A stretch of DNA of 64,000 bases from Laetmonice hystrix (lineage: Eukaryota). The notes beneath the pieces are model-generated. The model was not told the DNA's origin, did not search any database, and saw nothing but the letters and a program-made list of their open reading frames with translations. Made by a program: the position numbers and the translations under genes. Shown one piece after another: positions 14,104 to 27,395 of the stretch (position 1 is its first letter; each line of letters opens with the position of its first letter). The stretch covers positions 7,316,001 through 7,380,000 of the forward strand of contig OZ249448.1 in the NCBI GenBank assembly GCA_965235115.1. Direction: 5' to 3'.

Positions 14104-14423
14104 ACAGAATAATGGCCCACTCCACACTGCCTCGTCCTCGGGGGGCAATCAGGGAAAATGGACACGGTGGACAAACAGCTGTGAAGGTAACGGTTTGTTT
14201 CGTAGACCGTGCCTGCAGTGGTTGCATGCCAGTAAGCCATCAGCCGGCTGGGTTGATCACTTAGCCCTTACTGCCACCTAACCTATCAACTTCTCAGTCT
14301 CCTCTAGCCTGGCTGCAGCACGGTAGTTCAACTCTTCCACACTAGGTGGCATGCCTTGTCAATCCGCTACATGACTTGGTGCTGCTAAAGCCCCAGTCAC
14401 ACCGGGCCCGCGACCAGGTTACT

Positions 14424-14485
14424 CTCTCTCGTTCCCTGTCTCTCTCTCTCTCTGTCTTCCTCTCTCTCTCTCCAACAACAACAAA
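14424..14485. repeat. Imperfect (CT)n microsatellite followed by (ACA)n
   Basis: Direct reading of the sequence. Confidence 0.85.
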
Positions 14486-14530
14486 AATATAAGAAAAATG
14501 ATTTTACATGTAGTTGCCTAAGTATGGTTG

Positions 14531-14665
14531 GGTGGTGGCCGAGTGGTCTAAGGTGTTTGTTCATGACACCTAGGACAATCGCCTCACACCACTGCGGTCC
14601 GGGTTCGTGCATGTGTGAAAGGTTTTTCAGTTCCTTCCCGAAGGCAAGGCGTAAAACCCCGAATC
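14531..14665 (+). mobile_element. Truncated tRNA-derived SINE
   Basis: Pol III A-box TGGCCGAGTGG (14536-14546) and partial B-box GGTTCG (14602-14607). These are followed by ATGTGTGAAAGGTTT..CAG and a GGCGTAAAAC tail, which from memory resemble lophotrochozoan SINE bodies. A second short copy of the body starts near 14807. No tRNA cloverleaf or 3' acceptor stem. Confidence 0.6.
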
Positions 14666-14925
14666 TGGCCTTAAACGGAAATAACTAGTAAACATTTTTG
14701 AAAAAATGAGTTTGATGTTTCTTGAAACTTACTATCTTATTGCGCATCTCTCTACAGAAGAATTGTATAGATATTATGCACTGGTATATATCCCACAAAC
14801 GGTTTATGTGTGAAAGGTTTGTCAGACAGTTGGTCAACCTACCGCCCCCTCTGTAACACATGGCTGGGCTTGTCGTCAATATAAGGTCATCCAAAACACT
14901 TCGTTGCGGCCAAGGTGTAGCCTTA

Positions 14926-15597
14926 AGCCTAGGTCCCACTAGGACCTGCGATTCCCTGCGATCAGTTCAGTCGTGCGACTAGGGCTGATCGTGGGTAGTC
15001 GTCCATATTTATTGCGATTTGAATGTACCTTTCACATGGTAAGACCAGTCGTGAGACCTGTTACCGACTGATAGCACCACTAATCGCCCGACTCCGGCAC
15101 GATTACCCAGGACCACGTACGAGTGATACGGCCCTGTCGCACAGCTGGCCACGACCAATTGTGAGACATGTGCCGACCTCCTGTGACTGCTCGTCGTCCA
15201 ATTAGGCGGTCGCACGACAGTTCGTACCAGTGGTCAGGGACAGTCGTGCGATTGTCCTACGACAAGAGTTCCCTACTATCACCCACGACAATGAAGGACC
15301 ACCAGAGATTTGTCCCTAAACCATCGCACGACAACTGGCGACTAGGATGCGAGAGAATACGAGAAGATGCGACAGGATGCGACATAATGCGAGAGGATGC
15401 GACCACTTCAGTCGCAGGCAGGTTGTTGCACATGATCAACAACCTCCCTGCGATGGATTTTGATCGTGCGATTATGGAGGACTACCCACGACCACCGAGC
15501 ACTTGTGGCAGGACTTTTATAAGATTGCCTGGGATTTTAGTCGCAGCCTGGTCGCAACCTGTTGTAAGTTGTCGTATCTCCTAGTGGGACCTAGGCT
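14926..15597. mobile_element. 672-bp MITE, PIF/Harbinger-type
   Basis: Perfect 19-bp TIRs AGCCTAGGTCCCACTAGGA (14926-14944) and TCCTAGTGGGACCTAGGCT (15579-15597). TTA flanks both sides (14923-14925, 15598-15600). TWA target duplications are characteristic of PIF/Harbinger. No transposase ORF. Confidence 0.85.
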
Positions 15598-16833
15598 TTA
15601 GAGGGTCACAACCTTTATCACCATATTGCTCAGTCAACGCCTGGCGTCGATATTCCCGGGTCTACAAATACTCTGAATATTCCCCAGCTTTTATGTGTAA
15701 AACAACATTACTCTATGTATTATATGTTTGGAATTAACATGTATCCTTTATTATGTATCAGCTTTACAATATAGGCGCTGGAACTGGGGGTCAGGTCTGA
15801 GGCTGGTGAGGGGGTCGCACATGGATATATCCATTGATATCTTTGAACGAGGTACAGATGAGCCCCCCCCCCCCCCCCGGGTATCTATATATGAGTATTC
15901 CTGAGTATCCGATTACAGACTCCCAACTTTAGTCACTTCAGACTTCAGTAATGCGCCACGGATCTAAAAATAACCACGTGCTGACATGGTTCTAGGTTTG
16001 CCCTTGACGTGCGACACTTGGGTTTGATGAAATCTTTACGAGCACTATTGGCCACGTGCCGAGTGTGACTCAAATAAGAGCGGCCCTCTGTGAAGAGCTG
16101 GCCTCAACTCGGCCATACGACACTCGTGACTGCCGACCGACGTCACAAACTGGTGGGATATTGATCAAATTACAGGTGGAGTAACTGGGTGACATCACCA
16201 CTGGCAGGCCACAGTCACAAAACACTGTGCCACCACTTTCTTGGTGGTCAAGTGACCAAGGCTGGTGCTGTGACAGAGGTTTACTGATTCAGGCCCTGCC
16301 CGCCTGACCCTGCTGTACTCGGTGGGAATGTCAATGGGGACCGCCTGACAGGAATGTCAACCCCTGACTGGCCGGGACAGGGATGGAAGTGAAGACCAAG
16401 ACATGTATGTTGTTTGGAAGTCAGGGTCAGTCCTGGTGTGAGGGTGGGTCTCCCTGCCATATAGAATTCTATTGTCGGGAGGGACTCCCAGCAGATCGAA
16501 GGACCACCCATTATGAGTACGGCTGACATCCTATATCAACCCTTCCACAGGTTGAAGGAGCCATAGTCAGTCGGGCTGGGGTTGTACTTCGGCAGCTACC
16601 GGTAGGTGGCGTGCCGATAAGAAGATGATATGTCACGACAGCCACGCAATCGATTGGCACTAAGAAATCGCCAGTTGTGTTCAGCCGCTATTTTGAGTCG
16701 GAATAAAAAGGAGGTGCCCCTGATTCCTAAAACGATGGTCTACAAACCACGAGGAGGGAACCTCTCCAAACTCCCGTTGTTCTGGCAGGAGCGACTATTT
16801 TACGACCAGTCTATTTCATGCCGTAAATAGGGC

Positions 16834-16988
16834 CCGGTGTAACGTTTTGAAATTCCCCCTCCCGAATCCCCCCCCCTGGGAATTTGAAAACGTTTTCAAG
16901 TTCCCGGGGGAGGAATTTGAAAACGTTTTCAAGTTCCCGGGGGGGGGGGGAACTTGAATGAGGGGGGAACCTGAAATCGTTACACCGG
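16834..16988. mobile_element. Small non-autonomous TIR element (~155 bp)
   Basis: CCGGTGTAACG...CGTTACACCGG perfect 11-bp inverted ends, extending imperfectly to about 26 bp. Internal duplication of GAATTTGAAAACGTTTTCAAGTTCCCGGGG. No clear target duplication. Confidence 0.55.
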
Positions 16989-18384
16989 TTTTAGAAAGGT
17001 CCACTCTGATTTGTAGGGTTATTCTAACTTAGCAACCATCTCCAAACAGAACTTAGATAATTAGGATCCTCTTCTTTTTTACCCCGGGCGCCCTTGGGAA
17101 CCCGTGGATGAATTGGACAACAGATAGTTGTGGTTAACTCAGATGATACGCCATGCACAGAATAATGCAGCAACCTATATGACCGTCCAAACTGGGAGGT
17201 ATGGGGGTTACCTGCTCCCGATAAAAGGACGTCTTCTACAAATCTAAGTCTCCTTAAGATCAACCCTTCCAGAGCTTAGGTCAGACGTTTGCTCTGGGCG
17301 GGTCTCCTTGCCTTTAGATATTTCTAGTCAGGTGTATCTCCACCTCCAGTTCTAATCACCGCGCCCACTGAGCAGAGTCAGTAGTTCCAATTCTCTAGCT
17401 GAAGCCACCGTCGGCTCGAGATCGTATGAGATTAAAGGAAGCCCCCATGCACGGTCCGACTCGCCCAGTCGTCCGGCCCCTGGCACGCCATATCAGATGT
17501 CGCCCAGAGACAAGTCCGCCGGATGACCTCTGACCTCGGTAATGAGTCCGGCCTCACTTAATGATCGTGGCCTTTTATCGGCGGGGGCAGCGGCCCTATA
17601 CATCGATTGGACCTACTTCAGATGGAATGGTCGCTGCCAGACAGAGGCAACAATTACGGCATCATAAGTCGACATTACAGCTCTGGGCACGAGCTAACGA
17701 TTTTAGCCAAAGCTCATTGAATCGCACAATAGCTAATTGTTGCCGGTTCATTAGATCACACAATAGCTAATTGTTGCCGGTTCATTAGATCACACAATAG
17801 CTAGGTGCTGTCAAGGTCTGAGTGTCTGTTAGCGTGTGCCTTGAGTCAGAACTGAGAAACGATTTGGCCGAGCGAAGTTTGGTGGCTTGACACCTTCTGT
17901 CGGTGTCTCCAGTTACTTCTCGAGGTTGAGAGTGCTACAAACTAATCGTTCAGTCGGGACAGACTTCCAGGGATGACGTCTAACACGTACAGAACCTGCC
18001 ATTCCTCGCTGCCTCAAGCTTCGTGTATATGGGACGATCATTCCCGCATAGCACACCTCCACAAACACAAACTACATGTATACTGGAAGCAATTACACCA
18101 AATTAACCATCCAATCCATAACATTATTTTCCATTTTTGACAATCGTGTGAACTCATGTAATACATCAATGACCTTGGCTCATATTTTAGAGGCTGCCAA
18201 AATTACAAACCAACCCTCCCATAATCTTTCACGTATAGGAATAATATGATTCCCTCCTCCTCTCTCACCCCCACCACCTGCATCAAGGGCAGAAACCAGC
18301 CACACTTTTGTAACTTGATGACCAAAACTGGGCACTGATTGAAAGTACCAACTTCCTGGCTGACCTTTCCGTTGTCTGATACTG

Positions 18385-20414
18385 CAGTTCATACTGCCCA
18401 CCGTATTGTGGTTGACGTGTGTCCCCTCATGACAACTCCTGACCCCAGAATTCACGACCCGTCAACTACAGCTTATACTAGAGTCTTACAAACAGGGACA
18501 AGCTCATCAGTTCATACTGCCCACCGTTACAGCTTACACATACTAGAGTCTTACAAACAGGGACAAGCTCATCAGTTCATACTGCCCACCGTATTGTGGT
18601 TGACGTGTGTCCCCTCATGACAACTCCCGACCCCAGAATACACGACCCGTCAACTACAGCTTATACATACTAGAGTCTTACAAACAGGGACAAGCTCATC
18701 AGTTCATACTGCCCACCGTTACAGCTTACATATACTAGAGTCTTACAAACAGGGACAAGCTCATCAGTTCATACTGCCCACCGTATTGTGGTTGACGTGT
18801 GTCCCCTCATGACAACTCCTGACCACAGAATACACGACCCGTCAGCTACAGCTTACATATACTAGAGTCTTACAAACAGGGACAAGCTCATCAGTTCATA
18901 CTGCCCACCGTATTGTGGTTGACGTGTGCCGCCTAATGACAACTCCTGACCATAGAATACACGACCCGTCAACTACAGCTTACATAATACTAGAGTCTTA
19001 CAAACAGGGACAAGCTCATCAGTTCATACTGCCCACCGTATTGTGGTTGACGTGTGTCCCCTCATGACAACTCCTGACCACAGAATACACGACCCGTCAG
19101 CTACAGCTTACATATACTAGAGTCTTACAAACAGGGACAAGCTCATCAGTTCATACTGCCCACCGTATTGTGGTTGACGTGTGCCGCCTAATGACAACTC
19201 CTGACCATAGAATACACGACCCGTCAACTACAGCTTACATATACTAGAGTCTTACAAACAGGGACAAGCTCATCAGTTCATACTGCCCACCGTATTGTGG
19301 TTGACGTGTGCCCCCTCATGACAACTCCTGACCATAGAATCCACGACCCGTCAGCTACAGCTTACATATACTAGAGTCTTACAAACAGGGACAAGCTCAT
19401 CAGTTCATACTGCCCACCGTATTGTGGTTGACGTGTGCCGCCTAATGACAACTCCTGACCACAGAATCCACGACCCGTCAGCTACAGCTTATACTAGAGT
19501 CTTACAAACAGGGACAAGCTCATCAGTTCATACTGCCCACCATATTGTGGTTGACGTGTGCCGCCTAATGACAACTCCCGACCACAGAATACACGACCCG
19601 TCAACTACAGCTTACATATACATGTACTAGAGTCTTACAAACAGGGACAAGCTCATCAGTTCATACTGCCCACCGTATTGTGGTTGACGTGTGCCGCCTC
19701 ATGACAACTCCCGACCACAGAATACACGACCCGTCAACTACAGCTTATACTAGAGTCTTACAAACAGGGACAAGCTCATCAGTTCATACTGCCCACCGTA
19801 TTGTGGTTGACGTGTGCCGCCTAATGACAACTCCCGACCACAGAATACACGACCCGTCAACTACAGCTTATACTAGAGTCTTACAAACAGGGACAAGCTC
19901 ATCAGTTCATACTGCCCACCGTATTGTGGTTGTTGTGTGCCCCCTCATGACAACTCCTGACCATAGAATACACGACCCGTCAACTACAGCTTACATAATA
20001 CTCGAGTCTTACAAACAGGGACAAGCTCATCAGTTCATACTGCCCACCGTATTGTGGTTGACGTGTGCTGCCTCATGACAACTCCTGACCACAGAATACA
20101 CGACCCGTCAACTACAGCTTACACATACTAGAGTCTTACAAACAGGGACAAGCTCATCAGTTCATACTGCCCACCGTTACAGCTTACACATACTAGAGTC
20201 TTACAAACAGGGACAAGCTCATCAGTTCATATACTGCCCACCGTATTGTGGTTGACGTGTGCCGCCTAATGACAACTCCTGACCACAGAATACACGACCC
20301 GTCAACTACAGCTTATACTAGAGTCTTACAAACAGGGACAAGCTCATCAGTTCATACTGCCCACCGTTACAGCTTACACATACTAGAGTCTTACAAACAG
20401 GGACAAGCTCATCA
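18385..20414. repeat. Composite minisatellite of ~123-127-bp long units and ~64-bp short units
   Basis: All units start CAGTTCATACTGCCCACCGT and end ACAAACAGGGACAAGCTCAT. Short units lack the central ~60 bp. Confidence 0.96.
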
Positions 20415-21322
20415 AGGAGAGATCAATGTAACATTATAAACAAAATAAATAATCAGCTTAATGTGTGTCACTTTACCCATGAATGTAAATTGTGCGAATC
20501 CGACCAATTGGAGACACTAACTTAGCAGTCATCAGTTAAGGGTGTGCTACATCAAGCTGTCATATACAGGATGACCCTACCTGACCTCACGACCAATGCA
20601 CTCAAAGCCAACCGGAACAAATGGACAATTATATCCGTATCTACCATATATGAGAAATGACAAAGTAAATCGGCGATGATACTTGATACCTTTATTATCT
20701 GACTTAATAAGGAAACAAATCATTGACGAAAATGAAACGCAATGGCACCGGGTTCACGATCGACTGCCTGCCACCCTAGCCTGATTACAGACGGCAGCCA
20801 ATCAAATATCAGTTTACAAACTTGCTTCTGGCTTTCCTTCAGCCGACTCCAGTAATGATTCTTTGTATCGAGCCCCTCATTGTTACCTGCCGTATCATTT
20901 GTCCAACCATCTCGTCTCAAACATACAGCAGCCTTCTGCCTACTTATAAAGCGAGGCTCTAATTGAATGAGATGCTTGCCGTAAAGTCCTTACAGTATAT
21001 CTGAGGCGATGTCTGGTGTGGGTGACCCAATGATAATGTCAAGGGCAGTTTACCAATTGCTCCATGAGATTATGTTGACGAAGAAAGCCCCCAAGACTCA
21101 TAGCAGATTTACCATGGAACAACAATGTGTCGTCCACGTGGGACAGTGCGCCGCCCGACCGCTGGGTTGAGCCCCAGCGGCACGCCCCTAGTGGTCCGCC
21201 CTCAGCGGCACGGCCCAGCGGCACGCCCCCAGTGGCACGTCTGAGTCGGCCGCCGATCAGAATTTGCAGTGTATGGGTACTGAAGTGAATAATTTAATCA
21301 TCGTCAGCCTCCCGGTCATTAC

Positions 21323-21707
21323 CACCACACCACAGCACAAATCCCACTGTTTGTGGTGGACCTTGTGGTCCACGATTACTCCCCACACCACAGCACAAAT
21401 CCCACTGTTTGCAGTGGACCTTGTGGTCCACGATTACTCCCCACACCACAGCACAAATCCCACTGTTTGTGGTGGACCTTGTGGTCCACGATTACTCCCC
21501 ACACCACAGCACAAATCCCACTGTTTGCAGTGGACCTTGTGGTCCACGATTACTCCCCACACCACTCCACAAATCCCACTGTTTGCAGTGGACCTTGTGG
21601 TCCACGATTACTCCCCACACCACACCACAAATCCCACTGTTTGTGGTGGACCTTGTGGTCCACAATTACTCAACACACCACACCACAAATCCCACTGTTT
21701 GTGGTGG
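21323..21707. repeat. 58-bp minisatellite, ~6.6 copies, with internal hairpin GTGGACC-TTGT-GGTCCAC
   Basis: Units offset by 58 bp (21331, 21389 and onward). Perfect 7-bp stem in each unit. Confidence 0.95.
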
Positions 21708-21712
21708 ATACA

Positions 21713-23426
21713 GAGCCCTCACTGTAGTGTTTGCTCGAGTATAAGGCCAGACGGTACATGTTGGGAGCACTCACTGTAGTGTTTGTTCGAGTTTAAGGCC
21801 TGCCAATACATGTAGGGAACCCTCACTGTAGTGTTTGTTTCAGTCTAAGCTCAATCAATACACGCAGAGAGCCCTCACCGTAGTGTTTGCTCGAGTATAA
21901 GGCCTGTCAGTCCATGTGGGCAGCCCTCACTGTAGTGTTTTTTCCAGTCTGAGGCCAGTCAATACATGTAGGGGCCTTCACTGTAGTGTTTGCTCCAGTC
22001 TAAGGCCATGCAATACATGTACAGAGCCCTCACTGTAGTGTTTGCTCCAGTCTAAGGCCAGGCAATACATGTACAGAGCCCTCACTGTAGTGTTTGCTCC
22101 AGTCTAAGGCCAGGCAATACATGTACAGAGCCCTCACTGTAGTGTTTGCTCGAGTATAAGGCCAGTCAGTACATTTGGGGCGCTATCACTGTAGTGTTTA
22201 CTCGAGTATAAGGCCAGACGGTACATGTTGGGAGCACTCACTGTAGTGATTGCTCGAGTATAAGGCCAGACAGAACATGTTGGGAGCCCTCACTGTAGTG
22301 TTTGCTCCAGTCTGAGGCCGGTCAATACATCTAGAGAGCCCTCACTGTAATGTTTGCTCGAGTATAAGGCCAGTCAATACATGTAGGGAGACCTCACTGT
22401 AGTGTTTGCTTCAGTCTAAGCTCAGTCAATACATGTAGGGAGCCCTCACTGTACGGTTTGCTCCAGCCCAAGGCCAGTCATTACATGGAGGTAGCCCTCA
22501 CTGTAGTGTTTGCTCGACAATAAGGCCAATCAATACATGTAGTGAGGCCTCACTGTAGTGTTTGCTCAGGTATAAGGCCAGTCAGTCCATATGGGCAGCC
22601 CTCACTGTAGTGTTTGCTCCAGTCTGAGGCCAGTCAATATATGCAGAGCCCTCACTGTAATGTTTGCTCCAGCCCAAGGGCAGTCAATACATGTAGAGAG
22701 CCCTCACTGTAGTGTTTGCTCCAGTCTAAGGCCAGCCAATACATGTACAGAGCCCTCACTGTAGTGTTTGCTGGAATATAAGGCCAGACAGTACATTTGG
22801 GGAGCCCTAACTGTAGTGTTTGATCGAGTATAAGGCCAGACAGTACATCTAGATAGCCCTAACTGTAGTGTTTGCTCGAGTATGACGCCACTCAATACAT
22901 GTAGGGAACCCTCACTGTAGTGTTTGCTCCAGCCCAAGGGCAGTCAATACATGTGGGGAGCCCTCACTGTAGTGTTTGCTCCAGCCCAAGGGCAGTCAAT
23001 ACATGGAGGTAGCCCTCACTGTAGTGTTTGCTCGACAATAAGGCCAATCAATACATGTAGTGAGGCCTCACTGTAGTGTTTGCTCAGGTATAAGGCCAGT
23101 CAGTCCATATATGGGCAGCCCTCACTATAGTGTTTGCTCCAGCCCAAGGGCAGTCAATACATGTGGGGAGCCCTCACTGTAGTGTTTGCTCCAGCCCAAG
23201 GGCAGTCAATACATGGAGGTAGCCCTCACTGTAGTGTTTGCTCGACAATAAGGCCAATCAATACATGTAGTGAGGCCTCACTGTAGTGTTTGCTCAGGTA
23301 TAAGGCCAGTCAGTCCATATATGGGCAGCCCTCACTATAGTGTTTGCTCCAGCCCAAGGGCAGTCAACCCATGCGAGCAGCCCTCACTGTAGTGTTTTCT
23401 CTAGTCGGAGACCAGTCAATACATGT
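21713..23426. repeat. Diverged 52-bp minisatellite, ~33 copies
   Basis: Near-constant core CCCTCACTGTAGTGTTTGCTC with a variable but homologous remainder (...AAGGCCAGTCAATACATG...). Confidence 0.95.
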
Positions 23427-23790
23427 CCTTCTTACAACACTATACTTGTTACTTATCAACTGATGAGTCTTTACTACATCAAAGGCAAAGTCGGCTCCGT
23501 CTGGACAATAAACATGGATATCTTGTAGTGTCTGGAATAATCAAGTAACGATCTCTGCTCTTCGAGTATCAATGTGAAGTGAACAGTTCTTTGTAAAGGT
23601 ACCTGGACGTACACATACCAGGGTACAGGTCTGTCAAAGTTACCGAACTACAAATATCTGCCATATATCACAGGGTATGTACATCATGTACGTCAGACCA
23701 CGTCCGAGAGGCCATCCCATTCACCCCAACCATGATTACTGGAATATTTACCGTCACAGCTAACTCGGCCTCAATGCCTTCTTCACAAAC

Positions 23791-24590
23791 CTTGCCCCAT
23801 TCACATTCACTAACTACATACCTATACCTGCCCCATTCACACTCACTAACTACATACCTATACCTTGCCCCATTCACACTCACTAACTACATACCTATAC
23901 CTGCCCCATTCACACTCACTAACTACATACCTATACCTGCCCCATTCACACTCACTAACTACATACCTATACCTTGCCCCATTCACACTCACTAACTACA
24001 TACCTATACCTGCCCCATTCACACTCACTAACTACATACCTATACCTTGCCCCATTCACACTCACTAACTACATACCTATACCTGCCCCATTCACACTCA
24101 CTAACTACATACCTATACCTGCCCCATTCACACTCACTAACTACATACCTATACCTGCCCCATTCACACTCACTAACTACATACCTATACCTTGCCCCAT
24201 TCACACTCACTAACTACATACCTATACCGGCCCCATTCACACTCACTAACTACATACCTATACCTGCCCCATTCACACTCACTAACTACATACCTATACC
24301 TGCCCCATTCACACTCACTAACTACATACCTATACCTGCCCCATTCACACTCACTAACTACATACCTATACCTGCCCCATTCACACTCACTAACTACATA
24401 CCTATACCTGCCCCATTCACACTCACTAACTACATACCTATACCTGCCCCATTCACACTCACTAACTACATACCTATACCTTGCCCCATTCACACTCACT
24501 AACTACATACCTATACCTTGCCCCATTCACACTCACTAACTACATACCTATACCTGCCCCATTCACACTCACTAACTACATACCTATACC
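23791..24590. repeat. 36/37-bp minisatellite, ~22 copies
   Basis: Unit CCCCATTCACACTCACTAACTACATACCTATACCTG, strongly C/A-skewed. Confidence 0.97.
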
Positions 24591-25610
24591 CTACTTTTTA
24601 TATACTACTTAGAGTATATACACTCCGCTTTTTATATACTACTTACATATAGTCTCCTCTTTATATACTACCTAAATAACATGTCTACAAACTCTCTTAA
24701 CGACCTAAACTAATTTCGACCTTTAGACAACGGTACCAACAATAATCAAGAGCCCGCAAACATTTTTGTCCGTCCATACACAAGACAAGGGGGCTAATTC
24801 TATTTAAGAGGTTCATTCCAGCAATATCCCCGACCTGATTCGTTATTTGCACCCTGCTGACCAAATCTCATTTCCTACGAACAACTTAACGAACGTTATC
24901 ACTGAATGGCTTGACCAGACCTGGCCTTTGTTTCATGTTCATGTTCTTTCGCCTCAAAGATAATGGCCTTTCGGTCTTGGAGTTTACGGCAATGACGTGT
25001 TCCATACACGATACTACTTGTGGGCGAGTCATGGTTACAAAGTTACTTCTTTATGCCTCATGTATTATGAACCATGCTGGCGACGGGAGCTGAGCCAGAG
25101 ATCACCTCTCCTGTAGCACACCCGGTTTACTGTCTACAGCTCTTCATACCTTACTCTTTCAATTACATCAGCATTAGGTTGGAAGGGATAGGATGACCAG
25201 ATTATACCGCTATCACTCTCTGCAAATATGTCATAACTGAAACATAATGTAATATAATATATTCTAAAGGTGTTTAGGGGATCACCATATAATGCGAGAT
25301 AGAAGATGTGACTTTTTTGTACATGTAAAAGACCAACGTTTTAGCTGTTGAATTACTAGAATTACATGCGCTTACTGATTCAGACTATTCCAGTGTTTGA
25401 CCGTGTTGGGGAGAAACTGGGGGGAAAGAAACCTGATGCCCAAATAAATACAACTAAATACAATTAATCTAAACAGTTTGAAAGTCAATACCACCAGCTG
25501 CAGCATTAGTGTTCAGGCGTGAGTGACCTATGACAACGTGGGAGCGGTTGTGCGTCACAACAAACCGCGTCACGTACACCAGTATATCTAATCGCTACCT
25601 CGTATAAAGT

Positions 25611-26008
25611 CACTCTAGAGTGCTCTGAACCTAGGACAAAATCACTCTACAGTGCTCTGAACCTAGGACAAAATTACACTAGAGTGCTCTAAACCTAGGA
25701 CAAAATCACTCTAGAGTGCTCTGAACCTAGGACAAAATTACACTAGAGTGCTCTAAACCTAGGACAAAATCACTCTAGAGTGCTCTAAACCTAGGACAAA
25801 ATTACTCTAGAGTGCTCTGAACCTAGGACAAAATTACTCTAGAGTGCTCTAAACCTAGGACAAAATCACTCTACAGTGCTCTGAACCTAGGACAAAATCA
25901 CTATACAGTGCTCTGAACCTAGGAAAAAAAAGCACTATACAGTGCTCTGAACCTAGGACAAAATCACTCAATAGAGTGTTCTGATCCTAGGATGATATCA
26001 CTCTAGAG
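25611..26008. repeat. ~32-bp minisatellite, ~12 copies
   Basis: Unit ACTCTAGAGTGCTCTGAACCTAGGACAAAATC, containing short palindromes (TCTAGA, CCTAGG). Confidence 0.94.
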
Positions 26009-26126
26009 GGAAAAGTTAGGGCAGTGATCCTGCTACACCGGCCTTCATTAACAAATAGCGGAGCTTCAGTCCTAGGAAACCGGAGTACCTTAATAAAACC
26101 AACGACATGCGGCATGTCGCTGACAG

Positions 26127-26272
26127 ATCTTGTCACAGAAGGCATGAGAGGGATTCGAGAAGCACTTTCATTATTAGATCGACAGATGCCCTTACAGGGA
26201 AACCCGAGACAGATCAAGCAGCACTTTCTGTTCATCATGACGCTATTTTCACGCCATAACTATATTGTCATG
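26127..26272 (+). CDS. Candidate internal exon, unidentified (DLVTEGMRGIREALSLLDRQMPLQGNPRQIKQHFLFIMTLFSRHNYIVM)
   Basis: Open frame ending at a strong donor ATG|GTGAGT (26273). Acceptor is only moderate (ctgacag or cttgtcacag). The peptide looks amphipathic. No partner exon established. Confidence 0.3.
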
Positions 26273-27395
26273 GTGAGTGCCACCCCGTGTGACAGCTCAA
26301 CCAGCCACCATGCTAACAGCTCCAGGACGGTAGTATTCTCTTCCTGTTCGGACAGTTCTTCCTCCCTTTGATGACAATAGGTAAAACACACAATGCCCCC
26401 CCCCCCCCCCACACCCACAAAACCCCACATATATACGGTTATCAGTAACAGTAGGATCGAATCTCAAACAACATGTGATGGCGACGCCTACAATACACGT
26501 AGTGTTCAACGTCAGAACCCCACGGCCACATATTCTGCCGTGAAATGACAAAAGGAAGCAAGTCCAACTTTCATCAAAATCGACTTAAGTGTAAATTTGG
26601 ATTCAGGGAAGTAAGTCCTATCTATCAATGGGTGTATTTCTGCTAAACATCCTTCTATGAAGCTATCAGTCACATGACAGAAGCAAGCATGTCCATCCAA
26701 CTGCACTGTAGAGACAACTTGTTTATGCCCATTTCTCGAAACTTGAACTTTTGGACTTGCTTCCTTTTGTCATTTCATGTGTCAAATATGATTCCCCTTG
26801 GATCTCCCCAATCCTAGAGAGAAATTAATATCACACCTGCTAAATGTACATGCCATTATACTTCTTTCCTACTAGTACCGATTGAAGCACTTAATCATTT
26901 ATTATCAGTGTCACTAAATAAATAGAGTGCAACATTAACATGAATCGTACATCATCAAGTTAACGATTTTCTTTGACAAATACTGAAAAAGTCATTGGCT
27001 TACCATTGCGGAGACACTAAACGAACTGCTCACTTACCTAGAACGAGACGAGAAAAAGAACAGAGCATTATTGACGTGTACAGACTACAGAGTAATTGAT
27101 AACCCAGTTACCATGGTACGGTTATGGAATCATTGCACAACTCTATGAATCCAGCCAGGATTATTGATAATCTGGATCCGTTTGATGGGGTCAGTATCTG
27201 GTATTCCTCTCCGTTATATACTCAGATTAACATAGGCTGCAATGACGAAACGCTTGATTCTTCCTGGATTTATGAGGAGTTGATTTTAAATATTCTCCTT
27301 TATTGCTGAAATAAGTTTAATGCATTCGCTGGCATTTATTTAATCTCACAAATGATAAGGCTGGGAGGATACAAATACCGCCTTATTTTATCACT

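Noticed and set aside
14531-14610. tRNA gene
   Set aside because: A-box and partial B-box only, with no cloverleaf. Better explained as a SINE head.
21323-21707. Hairpin-bearing repeat resembling a CRISPR direct repeat
   Set aside because: The whole 58-bp unit repeats, with no unique spacers.
21713-23426. CRISPR-like look: constant ~21-nt core alternating with ~31-nt variable segments
   Set aside because: The variable segments are homologous to one another, so they are not spacers. No cas genes, and the context is eukaryotic.
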